Source of the DNA: Octopus bimaculoides
Lineage: Eukaryota
Length of the DNA stretch: 46,898 bases
Direction: 5' to 3'
Assembly (NCBI RefSeq): GCF_001194135.2
Contig: NC_068983.1
Span: forward strand, 46,820,755-46,867,652
Shown here: one piece after another, positions 24,884-37,659 of the stretch
How positions within the stretch are numbered: position 1 is the first letter of the stretch
Layout of the letters: each line of letters begins with the position of its first letter
Position numbers and translations under genes: made by a program
Notes under the pieces: model-generated
What the model was told of the DNA's origin: nothing
Seen by the model: only the letters and a program-made list of their open reading frames with translations
Databases searched by the model: none

Positions 24884-25267
24884 GTGGAAGCGCAATGGAC
24901 CAGTGGTTAGGGCAGCGGACTCGCGGTCATAGGATCGCAGTTTCGATTCCCAGACCGGGCGTTGTGAGAGTTTATTGAGCGAAAACACCTAAAGCTCCAC
25001 AAGGCTCCAGCAGGGGATGGTGGCGAACCCTGCTGTATTCTTCCACCACAACTTTCTCTCACTCTTATTTCCTGTTTCTGTAGTGCCTGTAATTCAAAGG
25101 GTCAGCCTTGTCACACTGTGTCACGCTGAATCTCCCCGAGAACTACGTTAAGGGTACACGTGTCTGTGGAGTGCTCAGCCACTTGCACGTTAATTTCACG
25201 AGCAGGCTGTTCCGTTGATCGGATCAACTGGAACCCTCGACATCGTAAGCGACGGAGTGCCCACAAC
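24884..25267 (+). mobile_element. Full-length tRNA-derived SINE (third family) with a 12-bp target-site duplication
   Basis: A box TGGACCAGTGG at 24896-24906, B box GTTTCGATTCC at 24940-24950, short CAA tail. AAAATACACAAG is duplicated at 24872-24883 and 25268-25279. Confidence 0.85.
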
Positions 25268-25414
25268 AAAATACACAAGAGCAAGCTGGTTGTTGTTAAT
25301 GCAGTTTTAATATTGATGACTAACTGAATGTTTTTTTTCTTTTTTGTTGTATGTATAACTTTCAGAGTATGGTAAATTCATTATGTTGGAAATAACAAAT
25401 TTTAGCCAGTTTAC

Positions 25415-25817
25415 TCTTTTACTCTTTTACTTGTTTCAGTCATTTGACTGTGGCCATGCTGGAGCACCACCTTTTAGTCGAGCAAATCGACCCCAGGACT
25501 TATTCTTTGGAAGCTTAGTACTTATTCTATTGGTCTCTTTTGCTGAACTGCTAGGTTACGGAAACATAAACACACCAACATCGGTTGTCAAGCGATGTTG
25601 GAGGGACAAACATATACACACACATACACACATATATATACATACATATATATGACGGGCTTCTTTAAGTTTCCATCTAGCAAATCCACTCACGAGGCTT
25701 TGGTCGGCTCGAGGCTATAGTAGAAGACACTTGCCCAAGGTGCCACGCAGTGGGATTGAACCCAGAACCATGTGGTTTACAAGCAAGCTACTTACCACAC
25801 AACCACTCCTGCGCCTA
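25415..25817 (-). mobile_element. SINE family A, full-length
   Basis: Same head, body and tail as the other family A copies. Confidence 0.82.
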
Positions 25818-27319
25818 TGGAAAGTTTAGTAAGAATTCTTCAATTTTGATCTTTTGTTCTGATTTGCAAATTTAGTAACCACATTGAGGCTCACTCATTT
25901 GTTGGTTAGCTGAAAGCCTATGTGGAATTTCAGGAACAACTCCAAGGTTTATGAAGTTAGGGATTACTGAAAATGGAAATGGATATTAGCTGCTGTTGTT
26001 GTTGTTTAACTCTTGGCACTGATCAGATCTTTGATCAAGATCTTTCCCAGCATTATAACAATTCTGTCAAATAATTGTTTCTATCTTAGACACAAAGCCA
26101 GAAAACTTAGAGAAGGTTTAATCAATTAAATTGATCCTAATGCTTAACCAATACTTAATTTTATTAACTTACAGAAAGATGTAAGTCAAAATTGACCTTG
26201 GTGGGATTTGAACTCAAAATATAAAGAGCCAGAAGATATACTACCAGGCATTTTGTCTGATGCTCTAATGATTCTGCCAGCCCCACCATTCTACGTAACT
26301 ACTAAACACTGAAATACATTATGACATTTTTAATGGATTCAGCCATTCTGAATTGGATATTGGCTTTTGAATTAGAAATGATATTATTGAATAAACTGAA
26401 TTTTTGATCTTTTTATTCAGAATTTTATCCCTTTGTGATGAAGAATGTGTTAACTTTTGGCATCAAATTATAGAGAACAGTCTGTCAAACTGAATACCGT
26501 ATCCTCAAAATTGTTATTGAAAGGAAATATCTTGTCATGAATCATTGATAAAAGATTTAAAATTATGAAAATGCATGGCAGATGCAATTAATAAAGCTAA
26601 TAATATCGTTAGAATAGTAAACAGGAAAAAAAAAAAAAAACTCCTAGGAAACAGTAAAAAAAAAAGAGAATTAAGCACCTTTAGTGATCAATGAAAAGAT
26701 CCTTTCATTACACATATTATAACTGTGTTTTAAATATGGAAATGTCATGTTGACACAAAAGGCTTTCAATTTGCTGAGTTGATACATGAGAAAACTCCCT
26801 GGTCAAAAGAGTTGACAGTTTATATCAGTGGATTTCAACTGGGGTTCATATGACTCTTGGGGGTCCGTACAAGCAAAATAGTAAATTGGGGACACACAGG
26901 AGTATTTTAAGGATCCATGGAAACAATGTTAGTTTGGATGTATTTATCGCAAGAAACAGCTCAGTTTCTTTCTCTTGCATTTTGCGTAGTTCAGCTTAAC
27001 ACAAATTAATGAGTGAAAAACCAAATAGGAATTCGTTTTTGGATTTGGTTTGTAAGATTCTTTGTGTGAGTTCATGTGTTGAAGCATATTTTGTTGTGTC
27101 TGGAGAGAGTCATTCTCTTTTAGTTCCTTGTTATTTAACACAACGACTGTTGAAAAGGTTGCAAGACGCAATGAAAATTTTTAGGAAAAAATAAATAAGT
27201 AAATGAATGGAAATTTTACTGGTGAGTGTGTTAAATTATAAGGCACTAAAAGAGAATGACTCTCCCCAGACACAACAAAACAAAATAGTAATTTTGAAAG
27301 AAGTATCTATAATACTAGC

Positions 27320-27700
27320 AAGTAGCTTGCTTACCAACCACATGGTTCTGGGTTCAATCCCACTGCATGGCACTTTGGGCAAGTGTCTTCTACTATAGCC
27401 TCGGGCCGACCAAAGCCTTGTGAGCGGATTTGGTAGGCGGAAACTGAAAGAAACCCGTCGTGTATATGTATATATATATATATATATGTGTGTGTCTGTG
27501 TTTGTCCCCCCAACATCACTTGACAACCGGTGCTGGTGTGTTTACGTCCTTGTAACTTAGCAGTTCGGCAAAAGAGACCGATAGAATAAGTACTAGGCTT
27601 ACAAAGAATAAGTCTCGGAGTCGATTTGCTCGACTAAAGGCGGTGCTCCAGCATGGCTGCAGTCAAATGACTGAAACAAGTAAAAGAGTAAAAAGAGAGA
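27320..27700 (+). mobile_element. SINE family A, near full-length
   Basis: Begins at AAGTAGCTTGCTTACCAACC and ends at ...AAGTAAAAGAG. Confidence 0.82.
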
Positions 27701-27812
27701 GTAACTACATCATTAAAATCTTGAAGCCTCAAGATAATGCATGATTAATTGAAAACAACCTGAATGAAAAAGCATTGCATTTGACAGAAAAATCTGAATT
27801 CTAAAGGGTTAA

Positions 27813-28403
27813 CTCTTTAGCATTTAAACCGGCCACATCCAGCCAGAATAATCTACTTGCTTTATCTTTAAACTAGATCTTTAAACAGATCTAGCCCATC
27901 ACACTTCATCATCATCATCATCATCATCATCATCGTTTAACGTCCGCTTTCCATGCTAGCATGGGTTGGACAATTTGACTTAGGACTGGTGAACCAGATG
28001 GCTACACCAGGCTCCAATCTGATTTGGCAGAGTTTCTACTGCTGGATGCCCTTCCTAATGCCAACCACTCCGAGAGTGTAGTGGGTGCTTTTACGTGCCA
28101 CCGGCACGAAGGCCAGTCAAGCGGTACTAGCAACAGCCATGCTCAAAATGGTGTATTGTACGTGCCACCTGCACAGGAGCCAGTCCAGTGGCACTGGCAA
28201 CAATCTCGCTCGAATGTCTTTACACGTGCCACCGGCACAAGTGCCAGGAAGGCGGTGCTGGGCACACACTTATCCTACAATATTATTCTCAAAATAAACA
28301 ATCACACCATTGAAATCTCAAAGCTATGAGATAATACATGATTAATTCAAAACCGTGAATAAATGAATATTACATTTGACTGAGAAATCTGAATGCTTAT
28401 GGG
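27813..28403. mobile_element. Second TTAA MITE family, split by an RTE 3' insertion (27907-28264)
   Basis: TTAA|CTCTTTAGCATTT...GAATGCTTATGGG|TTAA. The insert is flanked by CACACTT at 27900-27906 and 28265-28271. Other pieces lie at 6781-6935, 7995-8048, 27705-27808 and 36345-36564. Confidence 0.7.
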
Positions 28404-28825
28404 TTAAGCACTATAGAACAAAAAATAACGACTTTTACAACAGCTTACGGAAACCATAGGTTACTGCTGTGTCTAAGACAGCTGGTGAGTATAGACTATA
28501 GTCTTGTTGAAATATTGGAACGATGACAAATTTAAGATATTTCCAACTAACGAATTGGCATCTATTCCTTCGTTAAAACATTAGCACGTTTAGGCTGTTT
28601 CTCACCTATGAAATCAAGATTATAAAAGAAAAGTGTGTGTGTATTTGTATGTGACAGAATTATATTGAAGTATATATGTTTGTCTTTGTCTCTTTGTGCA
28701 TACATATGTGTATGCATGTGTGTGTGTTTACATATGTTTGTGTGTTGGTGTATGTGATTGTGAAATATGAGTCTGTGAACCATAGCACTCGCATACACAA
28801 GAGACAGTCAAGAGGTAATTGAGAC

Positions 28826-28858
<33 letters not shown>

Positions 28859-28888
28859 CAAGAGGTAATAGATATGTATGTGTGTATG

Positions 28889-28936
<48 letters not shown>

Positions 28937-31900
28937 NNNNNNNNNNNNNNNNNNNNNNNNNNNNNNNNNNNNNNNNNNNNNNNNNNNNNNNNNNNNNNNN
29001 NNNNNNNNNNNNNNNNNNNNNNNNNNNNNNNNNNNNNNNNNNNNNNNNNNNNNNNNNNNNNNNNNNNNNNNNNNNNNNNNNNNNNNNNNNNNNNNNNNNN
29101 NNNNNNNNNNNNNNNNNNNNNNNNNNNNNNNNNNNNNNNNNNNNNNNNNNNNNNNNNNNNNNNNNNNNNNNNNNNNNNNNNNNNNNNNNNNNNNNNNNNN
29201 NNNNNNNNNNNNNNNNNNNNNNNNNNNNNNNNNNNNNNNNNNNNNNNNNNNNNNNNNNNNNNNNNNNNNNNNNNNNNNNNNNNNNNNNNNNNNNNNNNNN
29301 NNNNNNNNNNNNNNNNNNNNNNNNNNNNNNNNNNNNNNNNNNNNNNNNNNNNNNNNNNNNNNNNNNNNNNNNNNNNNNNNNNNNNNNNNNNNNNNNNNNN
29401 NNNNNNNNNNNNNNNNNNNNNNNNNNNNNNNNNNNNNNNNNNNNNNNNNNNNNNNNNNNNNNNNNNNNNNNNNNNNNNNNNNNNNNNNNNNNNNNNNNNN
29501 NNNNNNNNNNNNNNNNNNNNNNNNNNNNNNNNNNNNNNNNNNNNNNNNNNNNNNNNNNNNNNNNNNNNNNNNNNNNNNNNNNNNNNNNNNNNNNNNNNNN
29601 NNNNNNNNNNNNNNNNNNNNNNNNNNNNNNNNNNNNNNNNNNNNNNNNNNNNNNNNNNNNNNNNNNNNNNNNNNNNNNNNNNNNNNNNNNNNNNNNNNNN
29701 NNNNNNNNNNNNNNNNNNNNNNNNNNNNNNNNNNNNNNNNNNNNNNNNNNNNNNNNNNNNNNNNNNNNNNNNNNNNNNNNNNNNNNNNNNNNNNNNNNNN
29801 NNNNNNNNNNNNNNNNNNNNNNNATATATATGAGAGCATTGTAGTTCGGTTGAAGCATTATAATATCAAAGAAGGGAAAATAGGAAAGCTTCTGACAATG
29901 CATAACGTCTCACAAAACCTTTATATTTCAGGTGCAAAGGCCCATCTTTGAGAAACAGTGTGGGAAATGTTTAGTTGCACATACGTACATATACTTACAC
30001 ATCATCATCATTTAACATCCATTTTCCATGCTGGTATGGATTTGATGGTTTGATAGGGGCTGGCCAGCTGAAGAGCTGCCTGGGTTCTATGTCTGTTTTG
30101 GCATAGTTTCTATAGCTGGATGCCCTTCCTAACACCAAATATATATATGTATATATATATGTCTATATATATATAAAATAGAAAATTTAGACAGATACAT
30201 ATAATTAGTTTAATACCAAATCCATTTCCTACAATTATATAGATAAGAAGGTAATATTTTGATTGCAGTATGGCCATGAAAGCAGCAGAAAGATTGGGTA
30301 TTCTGCTGTTTGCATGGCTATACTGGCTTCAAAATATCACCTTCTTGTTTGTACATTACGATACACATTCAATGCTTCTGAAAACAAAATATAAGATTGT
30401 TTACCTATGTTGTTGTTGCACATATANNNNNNNNNNNNNNNNNNNNNNNNNNNNNNNNNNNNNNNNNNNNNNNNNNNNNNNNNNNNNNNNNNNNNNNNNN
30501 NNNNNNNNNNNNNNNNNNNNNNNNNNNNNNNNNNNNNNNNNNNNNNNNNNNNNNNNNNNNNNNNNNNNNNNNNNNNNNNNNNNNNNNNNNNNNNNNNNNN
30601 NNNNNNNNNNNNNNNNNNNNNNNNNNNNNNNNNNNNNNNNNNNNNNNNNNNNNNNNNNNNNNNNNNNNNNNNNNNNNNNNNAGATATCTGGATGGTTGTA
30701 CATTTACAGATTTTTATTAATATGTCACATGTTTTATAAATATTTATAAAACATGCTAATATTTATAAAACATGTGGCATATTAATAAAAATCTGAAAAT
30801 GTACAATCATCCAGATATCTGAGTACCTTATTATTTTTTCACATATATATGTAACATATGGTATAATTATAAAAAGGGCAAATTTTAGCCATTTCTCTGC
30901 AGAGTGAAAAAAAATAGTAATGGAACCTTATTGGGTTCTCGTCAGAGGCATGTACATTATTTTGACAGTCTCCAGAGAAACAATCAGCCAAACTGTTTAT
31001 ATACTCATCAAATGCAGCAGTTACTCTATGAAGGAGTCCCTAATTTGCATACCGAAAGTGTTTAACACTCTATAAATACCAACGGCCTATCAATGGGGAT
31101 CTTAGTCCACACAGTATCAAGGTATGATATATACATCGAATGCATATACACACAAGCATGTGTGTGTTAATATATTAAAATTCATAGATTTGGGTGGCTG
31201 TAAGTACATTTTTTAAAACATTTTCCCTGAGCCCTATGAATTATAAAACCAGCTACACAATTTTTATGGTGTATAAGTGACCAGTATCACAACGTTACCT
31301 CTAAATGGGGTGTCCGTCCATGTCAGGGTTCAAGGCTGGCAATTTTTTGAGGGGAGGGGATGAGTTGATTACATCAACCCCAGTACTTAATTATCATCAT
31401 AAAGACCCTTTAACTGATGTAGCCAGTCTTCAGGGTGCCACTCTTGTTGCTTTTATAGTCAACTGTTGCCACTGGCCTCTGTTCTCTGTCATGCACAGCC
31501 AGTTCGCTGGGTTGTGACCTGTCCACTCCTTGATGCTATCAAACTAGGATTTTTCTCTATCTGCCTCTGGCTTCGAACAGGGAATTATGGTAGGTAGAAT
31601 ATATAACTTTATTTTATTGACATTGAAAGAATGAAAGGCAAAGTTGATCTTGGCAGGATTTGAACTCAGAATGTAAAGAACCGGAAGACATGCTCTGACA
31701 TGTTAACAAGTCTGCCAGCTCACAGCCTTTGTAGGTGCATACTTAGCAATACACACTGCCTCCTCCTTTCATCTCTTTTGTTCATTAGTCAACATAATGT
31801 TTTTCCATCATCTTCCTCCTTTGTCATTCTTTGATGTTGCTCAACTATCCCTTTTGCTGTCTTTCTATTCTTCTTTCGTTAAGGCTATCTCCATGCAAGA

Positions 31901-32817
31901 CTAGAAGTTGGAAGTCATAAAATCACATTATATGGCCAAGTCAATTTGTTTTCCACCTTTTAACAATTGTCAGAACAGTTTCTTTGTCCATAGCATTGCC
32001 AAAAATTTATTTCCTGACACAGTCATGAGTTCAATGTCATACAGAAGAAATTCAAAGCCTCTTTCTATAAAATTTCATTTCAAAAGCCATGATTTTATTT
32101 CTTATTTCAGCATCTAATGTCCAGGATTTGCATGAATAATGTACAGTTTAAAAAAAATATTTTTGCTGTTATTGTATTCTTAGTTCTCCAAACAAGCTTT
32201 AATTTTGCCGAAATCCCTGTACCTTCAGCATTCCACAGCACTATTTTCCTTTCTTTCGTTTCGACACATACTAAATGTAAAAATATACTAATGTACAAAT
32301 ATCTGCAACCACGTTGTCCAGTGTAATATGTCCTTCATTTTTGAAGATATTTCTAGGTGATTTTGTGTAAGATTTGAATGTTATTTCTAGCAGAATTAAG
32401 TGACCACATAAAGCTATCACATTGGTGTGTTTTTTTGCATGGTTCCAGCTTGAGAATTTTGCTTTTCTCCAAATTTCAAAACTGGATGATTTTCTTGCCA
32501 GCATGAGTTAAAGAAAATATTGCAATTTGCTCAAATAGTTATTATCATTATCATTACTATTCTTTTTATCCTCCTCCTCCTTGTGGTCGTCATCATTGTC
32601 ATCATGTTTGCCTTTGTTTTAAGTTATATGAGCTGCACCAAAGTATCAACCAGAGATGTCAAGTGACAGCCATAATTTTGGTATATCTAATGATGCTAAC
32701 AGGTGGTGGTGGGTGTCTGTATGCAATCAAAAAGAAATTTATAATAAAACCAAATGAATAAGATTGTAGACACATACAGATAGGAATTTATGTAAAATAT
32801 GTGAAATATAAAATATG

Positions 32818-32818
32818 A

Positions 32819-32857
<39 letters not shown>

Positions 32858-32922
32858 TCTTCTTCTTGTACTACTCCTACTCCTCCTACTCCTACTACTA
32901 TTTCTTGTACTACTACTACTTG

Positions 32923-32968
<46 letters not shown>

Positions 32969-32997
32969 TCTTGTACTACTACTACTACTTCTTCTTG

Positions 32998-33038
<41 letters not shown>

Positions 33039-33095
33039 TTACTACTACTACTACTATTACTACTACTACTACTACTACTACTGCTGCTGTTGCTT

Positions 33096-33126
<31 letters not shown>

Positions 33127-33153
33127 TTATTATTATTATTATTCTTATTATTC

Positions 33154-33184
<31 letters not shown>

Positions 33185-33190
33185 CATCAT
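32818..33190. repeat. Compound trinucleotide microsatellite (TAC)n-(TTC)n-(TTA)n
   Basis: Direct reading of the sequence. Confidence 0.95.
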
Positions 33191-33599
33191 GTTTTATCAC
33201 TTTTGAACAAGCTGCCATCTTTTTATCATAAATGGTAACTGAAAGAATCCTGTCATATAGAAAAAACATGTGTGTGTGTGATCTATGGATGTATGTATGT
33301 ATATGTAGGCATGTGTGTGTGTGTTTGTGTCACCATGTCTTCATATCACATGGTAGTTGTAATTGAGTATCACCATCATACAAGCAGTGTCGTTCATTTC
33401 CAATATTCCACAAAAACATGTCTGGCCACGAGGAAATTATTTACCTTGCTTGGAAACAGGTGAAGGCTGGTGACATAAAGAGCATCCAGCCATAGAAAAA
33501 TCCCTTTCAATAAACTCCATCCACCCCGTGCAAGCATAAAAAAGTGAACATTAAAACAATGGTGATGATGATAATGTTGTGTATATCTATCTATTGCAG

Positions 33600-33699
33600 A
33601 TCATCATCTGTGACTCAGTTACAGCAGCATGATGCACCAATATCTGCTTGCACATTTAGCTTTGATGAAGTGTTTTTGGTAACAGCAGGTCGAGACAAG
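33600..33699 (+). CDS. TEP1: TEP1-like exon E (K-SSSVTQLQQHDAPISACTFSFDEVFLVTAGRDK)
   Basis: ttgcag|A and AAG|gtaaga. 100 bp, phase 2/0, compatible with exon D across a ~21.2 kb intron. Recalled human match: TELRGHEGPVSCCSFSTDGGSLATGGRDR. Confidence 0.86.
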
Positions 33700-34064
33700 G
33701 TAAGATTTAAGTTATTCGCCATAGTTATATGCTTATCTCTATGCTTATATCATTAATTATATGTATGTGTGCTTGCCTTTTTTTGGCCAAGTTTATGGTA
33801 TTTTTCATCATATGTATGTATGTATGTATAGAAAATATTCTACATCCAGTTATATTTTCCTCTTTCTGCAAATGTTATAAAAACAGCGGTGAGGATGTTA
33901 TAAATTAAGGCCCACCAAACTTATTTTTCCAACTCCACAAAATAGACAGCAAGACTTGCAATAGAGGATAATTAGATAATGTTGAAATTGTAATTAATTG
34001 ATGAAGATTTAATGTAGTCAACCCTCACTTCATTTCAACTGATACAGTCTCTATTTGAAGTTAT

Positions 34065-34468
34065 CTTTTATCTTTTACTCGCTTCGGTCATTAGACTGTA
34101 GCCATGCTGCATCATCTTTAAGAATTTTTAGTTGAATGAATTGACCCTGGTTCTTATTCTTTTAAAGCTTGGTACTCATTCTACCAGTCACTTTGGCCAA
34201 AGCACTGGGTTACAAGGACATGAACACACCAACATCGGTTGTCAAGCAGTGGCTGGAGATAAACACAAACACAAAGACACACACAGACACACATACACAC
34301 ACATACAATATGCTTCTTTCAGTTTCCATCTACCAAATCCACTTACAAGGCTTTGGTCAGCCCAAGGCTATAATAGAAGACACTTGCTAAAAGTGCCATG
34401 CAGTGGGACTGAACCTGGAACCATGTGGTTGGGAAGCAAACTTCTTACCGTATGACCACTCCTGCAGC
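34065..34468 (-). mobile_element. SINE family A, diverged full-length
   Basis: Recognisable head and 3' tail on the minus strand, with more substitutions than other copies. Confidence 0.72.
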
Positions 34469-35757
34469 TTTAAAGTTTTAGAATGATATAATTTGTATTT
34501 TTTCCTAGGGTTTAAAAAGCTGTGAAGGCATGTGGCCCAGTTGTTAGGGTGCTTCACTTGCAATCATAAAATCATGATTTCAATTCCTAGGCCAAGCAGT
34601 GAATTGTGTTCTTAAGCAAAAAACTTCATTTTTACGTTACTCTAAATCCAATCAGCTGTTAAATGAGTTCCAGCAATTGCTGGGAAGTGAAGCTTATGAA
34701 TGGGCTGGGATCCCATTCTGGGGCAGGGGCAGGGAGTGTTGTAATCTTAGTCATTTATATGCCATGGAGATTATGCGAAGCCTTATGAGTCCTAGGGACC
34801 ATGACTGGATTAAGTTAAAAAAAGCTGATATGTCACTCACTTTAGAGATCTTAACCATAACAGTTTGGTTTGGTCATAGGTTTAGAAATCTCATATCAAC
34901 AGTTCTGGAAATTCTTGAAAATGGTACCAAACTACTTTGGTTTTAATTTGATACAAGAGAGAAAGAAGGGAAGTATAATTAGGAATATAACAGAGATAAA
35001 TGGAACATACAGTGAAACTCTGATGAAGTTATTCAAAGCTTGTCTTGATAGCAATTTGTTAGATATATTGATTTTCTGTAAACTGCCTCAGGAAGGCTAA
35101 ACCAAGAGTTATTTCATAATGACTCTAAGGAAATCAATAACATCTGCAGCATGAGTTTATTGAAGAATTTACTTTTACTGTTTTTATTCTAGCAGGGTGT
35201 TTGAGGGTTGAGGTAAGTCGGAGGTAATATAGAGAGGTAGAGAGAGAGAGAGAGAGAGAGTAAGAGAGATATAGGGAAAGGAGAGAGAGAGAGAGAGATA
35301 AAAGAAAGGAATGATGGAACGAAAGAGAGGGTTGTATGTTTTTAGACACTTCGTTTATGCCTCAACCTTCTTAAATCAAATGCTGCCAAAGATGGTTCCT
35401 CAATTTGTCCTTGTCAGTTTGACAAATTAAATAACCAGTTATATTAGAAAATGTGTTGATACTGTGTTATTATTGTTTAGACGAGGTTCAGCTCTGTTCA
35501 TCCAGACCTGAAATCAAAGAGCAATCCAGTCAAGGACCCCCCTCTCTCTCTCTCACACACACACACAGCTGTGTAATTGAGACGCTTACTTCTCAACCAT
35601 GTGATCAGGAAGATCAGAAGGGCAACAAAGTGTTATTATAATTGCTACAACAGAAGACGTAAATATAGGAATTAAAATAATGTAAATCTACAAATATAAG
35701 CAATTTATTGTATGCACATATAACTTTATATATGAATGTTTATATGTGAGTAAATGT

Positions 35758-36180
35758 AGATGCAGGAGTGGCTGTGTAGTAAGTAGCTTGGTTACCAACC
35801 ACATGGTTCCGGGTTCAGTCCCACTGCATGGCACCTTGGGCAAGTGTCTTCTACTAAAGCCTTGGGCCGACCAAAGCCTTGTTAGTGGATTTGGTAGACA
35901 GAAACTGAAAGAAGCCCGTTGTATATATGTATATATATATATATATGTGTATGTATATGTTTGTGTGTCTGTGTTTGTCACCCCCCAGCATCGCTTGACA
36001 ACCGATGGTGGTGTGTTTACATCCCCGTAACTTAGTGGTTTGGCAAAAGAGACCGATAGAATAAGTACTAGGCTTACAAAGAATAAGTCCCGGGGTCGAT
36101 TAGCTCAACTAAAGGCGGTGCTCCAGCATGGCCACAGTCAAATGGCTGAAACAAGTAAAAGAGTAAAAGAGTAAGAGTAT
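35758..36180 (+). mobile_element. tRNA-derived SINE family A, full-length copy
   Basis: Head GCAGGAGTGGCTGTGTAGTAAG...GGTTCAGTCCC (A/B-box-like), internal (TA/TG)n, and 3' end ...GACTGAAACAAGTAAAAGAG. More than 15 copies or half-copies occur in the window. Confidence 0.85.
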
Positions 36181-37157
36181 ACATATCAGGAAAAGAGAAT
36201 GGATATATTTACTTATCCCAGTTATTAATGAATAGTTCAGTATTTGTTAAACTTTGTTTTCATAAGGCATTTTCTTTGCCTAATCCTTCTTCATATTAAC
36301 CTGCTGAGACTGCTCCTGGTTCTATGATACAAATTCCATGTTTGATCCATCAGCATCCAGAGTATTCTGTCAAATGCAATATTTTTTCATTCACATTATT
36401 CTTAATTAATCATACATTATCTCAGAGCTTCGAGATTTTGATGTTGTGGTTGCTTATTTGTAGAATGATATTGTAGGGTAGGTGTGAGAGATGTGACCTG
36501 TCCTTTTGAACATAAAACAAGTAGAATATTTAGGCAGGATATGGCCAGTTTAAATGTTAAAGGGTTAAAGTGATCTAAATTAAAAACCTTCCATCAAAAT
36601 TTGTTTTTAATTCAGGTCCCAGATACTAACTCAACCCTTTAATATTCAAATCAAATACATTCTCGCAAATGTAAAGCTTATTTATTCACATCATTTTAAA
36701 TTAATCATGCATTATCTTGTAGCTTTGAGATTTCAAGCACTAAAAGCTTTCGTTCTTGAATATGCACTACTGAAATCTGGGGCCATCTTATCACTGTTGT
36801 ATTTCATCTTCAGAGAAATTCTATGACATAAGGGGACTTGTTTGCTGAATTCTATAAACAAGGGCCACAATTCTTGTTTAGATTCATTGATCTGGGACTA
36901 GCTTTGACTGCAGAGGCATAACCAGGTCAAATCACTCTGGTATCTCTGAAATCCCTTCCCCTCAGAAGTAATTAGCAAATTCAGATTCAAATGAATTAAT
37001 TAATACTGAAATGTCTTAAGAATTAATATGCATGTCATTGTAATTCTAAATACTTATATTTTAAAAAATTTTCCCTGTCATTCTTCTTCTTCTTCTTCTT
37101 CTTCTTCTTCTCCCCCTTTGTCGTCATCTTATTATTATTATTATCATTATTATTTTA

Positions 37158-37370
37158 AAGCAGAGAGCTGGCAGAATCATTAGCATGCTGGGAAGAATGC
37201 TTTACGGCATTCACCTGTCTTTATGGTCTGAGTTCAAATTTCGTCGAGTTCAACTTTGCTTTTCATATATTCGGGGGTCGATAAATTAAGTACCAGTGAC
37301 ACGCTGGGCTCAATTCAATCAACTAGTCCCCTCCTCCCAAATTTCAGGCCTTGTGCCTACAATAGAAAAG

Positions 37371-37371
<1 letters not shown>
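37158..37371 (+). mobile_element. SINE family B
   Basis: GAGCTGGCAGAATCATTAGC...GAGTTCAAATTT...GGCCTTGTGCC followed by (ATT)n. More diverged copies lie at about 10022-10245 (+), 26088-26285 (-), 8655-8785 (+) and 31620-31725 (-). Confidence 0.8.
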
Positions 37372-37406
<35 letters not shown>

Positions 37407-37409
<3 letters not shown>

Positions 37410-37659
37410 TAGTCTTATTTTCATCATGTGCTTTCACTGCACTACTGAATACAGCTCTGTGTGCCTTGGGTATGTGCTGTGGTTTGTTTCGGTTATTTTC
37501 ACTGTTTTGGATGTGTGCAGTGCCTAGCAGTGCTATTTTCAGTATGTTATATATATTCGTAAGTCATGGTGTTTTGGTTATGCACCTGTATGTTTTTTTT
37601 TTAATCATACCTAATGCACCTATTAATATAGGGATTGTTTCTGTTTTTAGGCTCCACAT
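37407..37659 (-). mobile_element. R4/Dong-like element, extreme C-terminus and 3' UTR
   Basis: Minus strand reads MWSLKTETIPILIGALGMI...(frameshift/stop)...LTNIYNILKIALLGTAHI, the typical R4/Dong C-terminus (P.VIGALG; QK.ALLGTA.I). (TAA)n-type arrays flank both sides. Confidence 0.75.

Noticed and set aside
24884-24960. tRNA gene or vault RNA in the TEP1 intron
   Set aside because: The A/B boxes continue into a ~380-bp SINE body with tail and TSD. There is no cloverleaf acceptor stem or nearby poly-T terminator. SINE-A and SINE-B heads were rejected for the same reason.
30902-31065. Possible extra TEP1 exon after ctctgcag (phase-compatible, about 54 open codons VKKNSNGTLLGSRQRH...)
   Set aside because: There is no good GT donor before the stop and no WD40 character. 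Exons D and E already join with near-human spacing.
32696-33269. Poly-Ser, poly-Tyr and poly-Asn ORFs
   Set aside because: Compound trinucleotide microsatellite.
34525-34810. Highly decayed tRNA-head SINE-like sequence
   Set aside because: Only partial A/B-box similarity is visible. It is too diverged to delimit or assign without a consensus.
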